Below are positions 58,615 to 64,000 of a DNA stretch of 64,000 bases, in pieces; the stretch's first letter is position 1, and each line of letters begins with the position of its first letter. The notes beneath the pieces are model-generated. The model was not told the DNA's origin. It saw only the letters and a list, made by a program, of their open reading frames with translations, and made no database searches. The DNA lies in NCBI GenBank assembly GCA_964230645.1, contig CAXRHT010000002.1, forward strand, positions 1,600,001-1,664,000. The letters are read 5' to 3'. This DNA is from Bdellovibrionales bacterium. Lineage in GTDB: Bacteria; Bdellovibrionota; Bdellovibrionia; Bdellovibrionales; JAGQZY01. The translations under genes and the position numbers were made by a program.

Positions 58615-59292
58615 GTGTTTGATTTAGAAGACGAACCCGAAGAACTCCAATCCCCGCCTGAAAAAAGACTGGTGGGAACTCTCCTCACTGAAAAGCCCTG
58701 GAGTCGTAGCCTTGGCTATACTTTTTTGATGGTGCTTTTTATCACAGGAGTCACTCAGTTCTATTGGCTCGATCCTCTAGAGATCTCCTCTTTTTTTCCC
58801 GCGGTTAAAAAAAACATCTTTCAATCAGGAGAGATCTGGCGTCTTTGGTCGGCCATGCTCATTCACGGCGACATCGGACACCTTCTATCGAATCTCTATA
58901 TGCTCAGTATATTCACCTATTTTATAATAGGTTATTTTAAGTTAAAGGCTTTTTGGCTTCTGACTCTTGTTGGAGGAAGCCTCGTCAACCTCTTCGCAAT
59001 TTCTACCTATGCCCCTAATGTTCGCCTTCTCGGAGCTTCAGGACTTGTTTATTTGTTCGGAGGATTTTGGTTGGGGCTTTATATGTTTATACAAACGCAA
59101 CATTCTTTCACAAAAAGAATCGTACGAGTTTTTGGAATGGGACTCATGGTCTTCTTCCCCACAACTTTTGAAGCTACAACTAGTTATCGCACACATTTTA
59201 TCGGCTTTGTCGTCGGACTTTTATTTGGCATCACATATTTTGTAATCAACAGAAAGAAAATCCGAAAAAAAGATAAATATACCTATGTTTAA
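58615..59292 (+). CDS. Rhomboid-family intramembrane serine protease
   Basis: WRL, HGDIGHLLSN, GASG (catalytic Ser) and THFIGFVVG (catalytic His). Confidence 0.88.
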   Translation: MFDLEDEPEELQSPPEKRLVGTLLTEKPWSRSLGYTFLMVLFITGVTQFYWLDPLEISSFFPAVKKNIFQSGEIWRLWSAMLIHGDIGHLLSNLYMLSIFTYFIIGYFKLKAFWLLTLVGGSLVNLFAISTYAPNVRLLGASGLVYLFGGFWLGLYMFIQTQHSFTKRIVRVFGMGLMVFFPTTFEATTSYRTHFIGFVVGLLFGITYFVINRKKIRKKDKYTYV

Positions 59293-59316
59293 AAACTTTT
59301 ACTCTTACTTAGGTGT

Positions 59317-59338
59317 CAAAAGGGGCAATCCCCTTTTG
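59317..59338. terminator. Bidirectional terminator hairpin
   Basis: CAAAAGGGG-caat-CCCCTTTTG between convergent genes. Confidence 0.65.
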
Positions 59339-59349
59339 GAAGCTATGTT

Positions 59350-61413
59350 TTATTTGGCCAATTCTTGTGATTTTTTTATAAGTTCAATGAACTCAGCCTT
59401 ATATTCATTGTATCCTTTATAACTCCAGCGCGCTTTATCTGCCATCTCTATAAGTTTTGGATAGGTCAGGTCACCTTTGTGCTCAGAGTTTTTTAATAGC
59501 ATTCCAAATCCTGCCACACTCGCAGTCCAACGGAGATCAGCGCTAGCTTTCTCGAAAGGACGCGACTTCTTTTGCAAAGGAAACTTTAAAAGACTGCTGT
59601 TCTTACCTTCCGGCTTTTTGTATCGGACCTTCACTGTCAAAAGTTCCTCGGAAAATTTTCCGTTTTGCTTTTGCACGGCCTTCTCTCCATCTTTTTGATA
59701 TTTCAATGGGTCAACTCCCTCTTGATCATACCCAGTGGGTTTGATTTCATAAAGAGCGACGACGGAGTGACCTGCCCCGATTTCACCAGCATCTTTTTTA
59801 TCATTGTTGAAGTCTTTGGCTTTAAGTTGTCTATTTTCGTAACCGATCAAACGATACTCCGAAACATTCTCTGGATTAAACTCGACTTGGATTTTGACGT
59901 CTTTGGCGATTGTCATTAGGGTGCCTTGAAGCTTCTCTACTAAAACTTTTTGGGCTTCCCGTTCCGTATCAAGATAAAAATAGTTCCCATTGCCTTTGTT
60001 AGAAACCTTTTCCATCATGGAATCATTGAGGTTTCCTCTTCCGAACCCTAGTACTGTAAGGAAAACATTTTTCTTTGCCTTTTCTTCCACAAGATTGATC
60101 AAGGCTTCGTCAGAGGTCGTCCCGATATTAAAATCGCCGTCAGTCGCTAGTATCACACGATTGATGCCCTCGGGTCGGAAGTTTTTATCAGCCAATTCAT
60201 AAGCCGTTTTAATTCCTTCACTTCCATGGGTGGAGCCCTCTCCGGTAAGATTATCAATTGCTCTGTGGATCTGCTCTTTGTTATCCCCACTGGTAGCATC
60301 CAAAATAACCGCCGCATTTCCCGCGTAGGTTACTAATGACACATGATCTTTACCGTCAAGCTTTTCGACAAGCTTATGGAGACCGGACTTCAACAATCCA
60401 ATCTTGTCATGAGAATCCATAGAGCCTGAAACGTCTACAAGGAAAACGAGATTGGATTGGTAGTTTTTCTTTGTTACCTCTTTACCTTTTATACCCACTC
60501 GCACCAGCTGGCGCCCTTCAGCCCATGGAGAATCTGCGACTTCTAAAGATACCTTAAAAGGCTGATTATTTTTTGGTGCTGGGTCGGAATAGTCAAAATA
60601 GTTGATCATCTCTTCTATTCGAACAGCATGATGGGGCGGCAGCTGGGAGGACTGCTGAATATATCTTCTTATGTTTGCATACGAGGCTGTATCGACATCA
60701 ATCGAAAATGTCGAGAGCGGAGTCGTTTGTGTAGATTTAAAAATGTTTGCAGAAAATGCTTGATACTCGTCCCCCCCAACAAACCCGTGAGGAGGAACAG
60801 GTCTTCTTAAGATCTTCTTTCTTTTTAGTGGGCTATGGGAAATTGCACCCGAGGCTCCAACCTGTGCGACTTCCAGGTTATTGGTCCCTTTACCTAGAGC
60901 TCTGGCTCGTGATCCAGCCTTCTGATTGGGGCGTCCAACCACTGAAGCGCCATCACTTTTCTTAGGCTCCGTTTGACCTTCTCCAGGCATAAGCTCGGGT
61001 CGAATAGCCTCATCTTTGATTGCCATACCTGTCTGTAATCCCTGACTACCATCGGATTCTTGGTCCAATATCTCTTGCTGTAGGGAAAAGAAAATTAAAA
61101 GCCCAAACACAGCAGCCACGAGAGCCCCACCTTGAAAATAGGAGCCTTTCAAAAAATTTAACAAGGACAGAGACTCTTTTGGTTCTTGCTCACTCATCTC
61201 TTTCAATAACGAAGATCGCAGTGAATCTGTCACTCTTGGCAACTCCTCGCCTTTTAATTCTTGACTTAAAAAGACTCCAAAATTTTTAATTTCTTCGACT
61301 TCTTTTTTAAGACTAGGGTTTTCATTGATATAATTTTCAACTTCCCGCCTTTCCTGCTCTGGTAGCTCGTTCAGGGCATAGGCGGCCAGTTTATCTTTAC
61401 TTAAATCTTTCAT
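59350..61413 (-). CDS. YfbK-like VWA/DUF3520 protein with an N-terminal anti-sigma-like domain and TM helix
   Basis: N-terminal LAAYALNELPEQERREVE and a TM helix; STFSIDVDTASY, DVSGSM (MIDAS), ATDGDFN and YRLIGYENR. Confidence 0.88.
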   Translation of the reverse strand: MKDLSKDKLAAYALNELPEQERREVENYINENPSLKKEVEEIKNFGVFLSQELKGEELPRVTDSLRSSLLKEMSEQEPKESLSLLNFLKGSYFQGGALVAAVFGLLIFFSLQQEILDQESDGSQGLQTGMAIKDEAIRPELMPGEGQTEPKKSDGASVVGRPNQKAGSRARALGKGTNNLEVAQVGASGAISHSPLKRKKILRRPVPPHGFVGGDEYQAFSANIFKSTQTTPLSTFSIDVDTASYANIRRYIQQSSQLPPHHAVRIEEMINYFDYSDPAPKNNQPFKVSLEVADSPWAEGRQLVRVGIKGKEVTKKNYQSNLVFLVDVSGSMDSHDKIGLLKSGLHKLVEKLDGKDHVSLVTYAGNAAVILDATSGDNKEQIHRAIDNLTGEGSTHGSEGIKTAYELADKNFRPEGINRVILATDGDFNIGTTSDEALINLVEEKAKKNVFLTVLGFGRGNLNDSMMEKVSNKGNGNYFYLDTEREAQKVLVEKLQGTLMTIAKDVKIQVEFNPENVSEYRLIGYENRQLKAKDFNNDKKDAGEIGAGHSVVALYEIKPTGYDQEGVDPLKYQKDGEKAVQKQNGKFSEELLTVKVRYKKPEGKNSSLLKFPLQKKSRPFEKASADLRWTASVAGFGMLLKNSEHKGDLTYPKLIEMADKARWSYKGYNEYKAEFIELIKKSQELAK

Positions 61414-61934
61414 TGTGCACCACCTTCTTGATTTGTTGTTGGCTCAGCCAATTGAGTGCGTAGTTTTTTGATTGCTTTATGTACGATCACCCCGACATGG
61501 CTGACAGATTGTCCGGTTATGTCGCTGATCTCTTTATAGGAGAGTTCCTCTTGAAATTTTAATCGAATAACTTCTTTTTGGTTGGGATTAAGTTGGGAAA
61601 TCATTTGAGTGATACGATTTTTTTGCTCGTCTTTTTGAATCCGTTCGTCAGCATTATCACTTTCAAACGGAATCTCTTGCCCTGTTTTAAACTGGCTCAT
61701 AGGTTTTTCCTTTTTCAAAAGATCAAGGGCTCGGTTGCGACTGACTCTAAACAGCCAGGCGAGCTCTTTTCCTTGCAACTTTTTGGGATCTTGTTTTAAA
61801 AGTTTAAGAAACGAATCTTGAACGATTTCTGAGGCTTTCTCGTGGCTTGTAAATTTCATTGTATAGCGCAAGAGCCTCCCCTCATACCGGAGAAAAAGTT
61901 CGCGTGCCCAGCCCTTTTTGTCTGTTACTTCCAT
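61410..61934 (-). CDS. ECF RNA polymerase sigma factor
   Basis: EIVQDSFLKL, WLFRVSRNRALD and LSYKEISDITG; 4-bp overlap with the downstream VWA gene. Confidence 0.92.
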   Translation of the reverse strand: MEVTDKKGWARELFLRYEGRLLRYTMKFTSHEKASEIVQDSFLKLLKQDPKKLQGKELAWLFRVSRNRALDLLKKEKPMSQFKTGQEIPFESDNADERIQKDEQKNRITQMISQLNPNQKEVIRLKFQEELSYKEISDITGQSVSHVGVIVHKAIKKLRTQLAEPTTNQEGGAQ

Positions 61935-62062
61935 TTTCAACCTTTGTCCTGTCTCTTAAATCATAACGATTGAAATGGAGATTTATTAGCTTTGGCCTTT
62001 AAAAAAAAATTACTCAATGATTTCGTTGACTTGAGACGAGATGAGCCTATTTTTATTGTTTT

Positions 62063-62773
62063 TTACCAACAGATCATATCTGTGATTTGCCCTTCTTTTG
62101 TGACGAGTTGGGCTCTGGAGATAGACTCGCTTTGATTGATAATGACTTTGTAAGAGCCATTTTTCGCTTCAAATTGTTTTCGACCAGGTCCAATATCATT
62201 GAGGTAGCCGGAATTGAAATGAATGCCAGGCTCAGACGTCATTGGACCGTGCATCTTGAGCCCGACCCACTCTGTGTCAGGTCCTGTAGGACTCGGGTCT
62301 TTTATTTTAATATATTGAATACTGAAATCGACCTGCTCCACCTCATTGAAGCAAAATTCCTCATAATAAAGAGGCTCCATTATTCCACTATGAAGTTCCG
62401 ACCTTGCGAAGAGAAGGTTGCGGTACTTCACAAAATGGGGATTGTAGCCATTGGATTGAACCTGATCAAAAACTTCAAATTCTTGAAAGGAGGATTCACA
62501 TTCTCTTAACTGAAACTCAGCTTCACGCTGTGGGTAATTAACATAAAGGTTCCCTATTGGCGCGCCCTCTTCGATAATACAATCTGGATTCTTGGTGAAA
62601 TGATCGTAGAGAACTTTTTCGGGCATTTGTCCATTCGTATCAAAAAAGACAAAGCGACTACTACTTTGAGATTGAGTGAGACTCGAACCACTGTTCTGCC
62701 GAGAGCAATTATTGAACATTAACATCACCGGTAGAGTGCATAGTATAAAAAGGAAATATTGATTTTTGCCCAT
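62063..62773 (-). CDS. Hypothetical lipoprotein
   Basis: Signal ending MFNNCS, then a Ser-rich linker. Confidence 0.65.
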   Translation of the reverse strand: MGKNQYFLFILCTLPVMLMFNNCSRQNSGSSLTQSQSSSRFVFFDTNGQMPEKVLYDHFTKNPDCIIEEGAPIGNLYVNYPQREAEFQLRECESSFQEFEVFDQVQSNGYNPHFVKYRNLLFARSELHSGIMEPLYYEEFCFNEVEQVDFSIQYIKIKDPSPTGPDTEWVGLKMHGPMTSEPGIHFNSGYLNDIGPGRKQFEAKNGSYKVIINQSESISRAQLVTKEGQITDMICW

Positions 62774-62782
62774 ACAAAAGTT

Positions 62783-62809
62783 TTATCGGAACAAATGGCG
62801 TTTTTTTAA
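62783..62809 (-). promoter_or_regulatory. Putative sigma28-type promoter, probably (near-)leaderless transcript
   Basis: The minus strand reads TTAA-N15-TCCGATAA-N9-ATG, with no SD sequence. Confidence 0.5.
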
Positions 62810-62970
62810 GGGTAGATCATGCTAAAATACGTTCCATTTTGACAATTAGAGTTCAAATCGAATGAAATGAATTTTCTTTTCAATCTCATCTGATCGTGTC
62901 CCTTTTTGATATGGACTTTTTAACTCTCCATTCCTAAAATACGACTGAATCAAAAAAAGGGGATCTTGCA

Positions 62971-64000
62971 TTGCTTACGAAAAATCGATTTAGCTTTAAA
63001 GAAGTCATTTTATGGACACGACATGAAATTCCATTTTTTCTTATTTACCCAGCACTTGTGACCTATCTCTACGCTAACCACGATATTTTTCCCTTTCACA
63101 TACCCTGGACTCCGATGGCTATTATTGGTACGGCCGTGGCCTTCCTTGTAGGTTTTCAAAATAACGCTGCATATGGTCGCATTTGGGAGGCGCGGAAGAT
63201 CTGGGGTGGGATTGTTAATAACTCCAGAAACTTTGGAATGAAAGTGCAAGACTTGGTTCGGAGTGGACCTAAGGACCTCTCTAAAGAGCAACTTCGCAAA
63301 GTCCACACTTCCCTAATATATCGTCATATTGGATGGTTAACAGCTCTAAGACACGCCATGAGAGAAGCCAGGCCCTGGGAAATACAAAATTTAAAAAGAA
63401 CCAATCAAGAGTGGAATAGCAAGATTGTTATTCCCGAACACCAAAACACTTTACAGCATGACCTCACCGACTATTTGCCTCTTAGCGAGCTTGATTATGT
63501 CCTTTCGAAAAAAAATAAAGCGACTACAATTCTCTACCTGCAGTCCCGCCACTTACGCAAATTAAAAGAAGAGGGTTTAATCTGGGAATTCGCCTATCTA
63601 GAGTTTCAAAAGGTTCTTGAAGAGTTCTTCAATCTACAAGGGAAATCTGAGAGGATTAAAAACTTCCCTTATCCTCGTCAGTACACCACCATCACTTTTT
63701 TTGCGACATGGTCTTTTTTAATACTTCTACCTCTCGGAATTATTCCGCAATTCATCTCACTGGCCCACACAAACGCCATCGAGAATTCCACCTTAGAGCC
63801 GATCTTCATCTGGTTGTCTGTTCCATTTTGTGCTATCGTTTCCTGGGTGTTTCACACGATGGAGCGTATTGGCCGGATCGGTGAGAATCCTTTTGAAGGA
63901 ACTCCTAACGATGTGCCGATTTCTCAAATTTCTAGAGGGATTGAAATCGATCTGCGCCAACAGCTCAATGAAGATAGTAAGTCCATTCCCGAACCCTTTG
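62971..64000 (+). CDS. Bestrophin-like (YneE/VCCN) anion channel, 3'-truncated by the window edge and absent from the ORF track
   Basis: TTG start after AAGGGGA. Manual translation gives GTAVAFLVGFQNNAAYGRIWEARKIWGGIVNNSR, ERIKNFPYPRQY and ENPFEGTPNDVPI. Confidence 0.88.
   Translation, partial: MLTKNRFSFKEVILWTRHEIPFFLIYPALVTYLYANHDIFPFHIPWTPMAIIGTAVAFLVGFQNNAAYGRIWEARKIWGGIVNNSRNFGMKVQDLVRSGPKDLSKEQLRKVHTSLIYRHIGWLTALRHAMREARPWEIQNLKRTNQEWNSKIVIPEHQNTLQHDLTDYLPLSELDYVLSKKNKATTILYLQSRHLRKLKEEGLIWEFAYLEFQKVLEEFFNLQGKSERIKNFPYPRQYTTITFFATWSFLILLPLGIIPQFISLAHTNAIENSTLEPIFIWLSVPFCAIVSWVFHTMERIGRIGENPFEGTPNDVPISQISRGIEIDLRQQLNEDSKSIPEPF

Noticed and set aside
58202..58688. Pro-rich ORF 58202-58408 and ORF 58389-58688
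   Set aside because: These are by-products of the C-rich codon bias and the GC-rich palindrome.
63010..63306. 98-aa minus-strand ORF
   Set aside because: It is antisense to the bestrophin-like CDS that runs off the window.

Overview
A gene-dense bacterial chromosome segment, probably from a Bdellovibrionota (Bdellovibrionales-like) organism. This is inferred from the (F/Y)xNC(G/S) lipoprotein signals, the sigma28-type promoters and a TIGR02147/DUF4423-like regulator, not from marker genes. It holds about 62 CDSs, two truncated by the window edges. Housekeeping genes include hrpB, radD, csaA, yciH, yajQ and an Uup-like ABC-F. Accessory genes include two hybrid histidine kinases, two PQQ/sorbosone dehydrogenases, a TonB-dependent receptor, a trehalase, an OmpA-family protein and a rhomboid protease. 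I found no rRNA, tRNA, CRISPR array, integrase, transposase or reverse transcriptase. The best candidates for new biology are: (1) a circularly permuted ATP-grasp ligase paired with an intact M14 deacylase; (2) an intact bacteriophytochrome photosensory core with no output domain, directly upstream of hrpB; (3) a voltage-sensor-only membrane protein; (4) two paralogous lipoproteins with pseudopilin (GspG)-like C-termini; (5) a probably leaderless XRE-TerB regulator heading an nfeD-SPFH-SPFH operon; (6) an ECF sigma factor with an anti-sigma/VWA fusion; (7) nested REP-like palindromes; (8) clustered DnaA boxes and Pho-like repeats upstream of mgtC. All family assignments come from motif recognition by eye; no searches were run.
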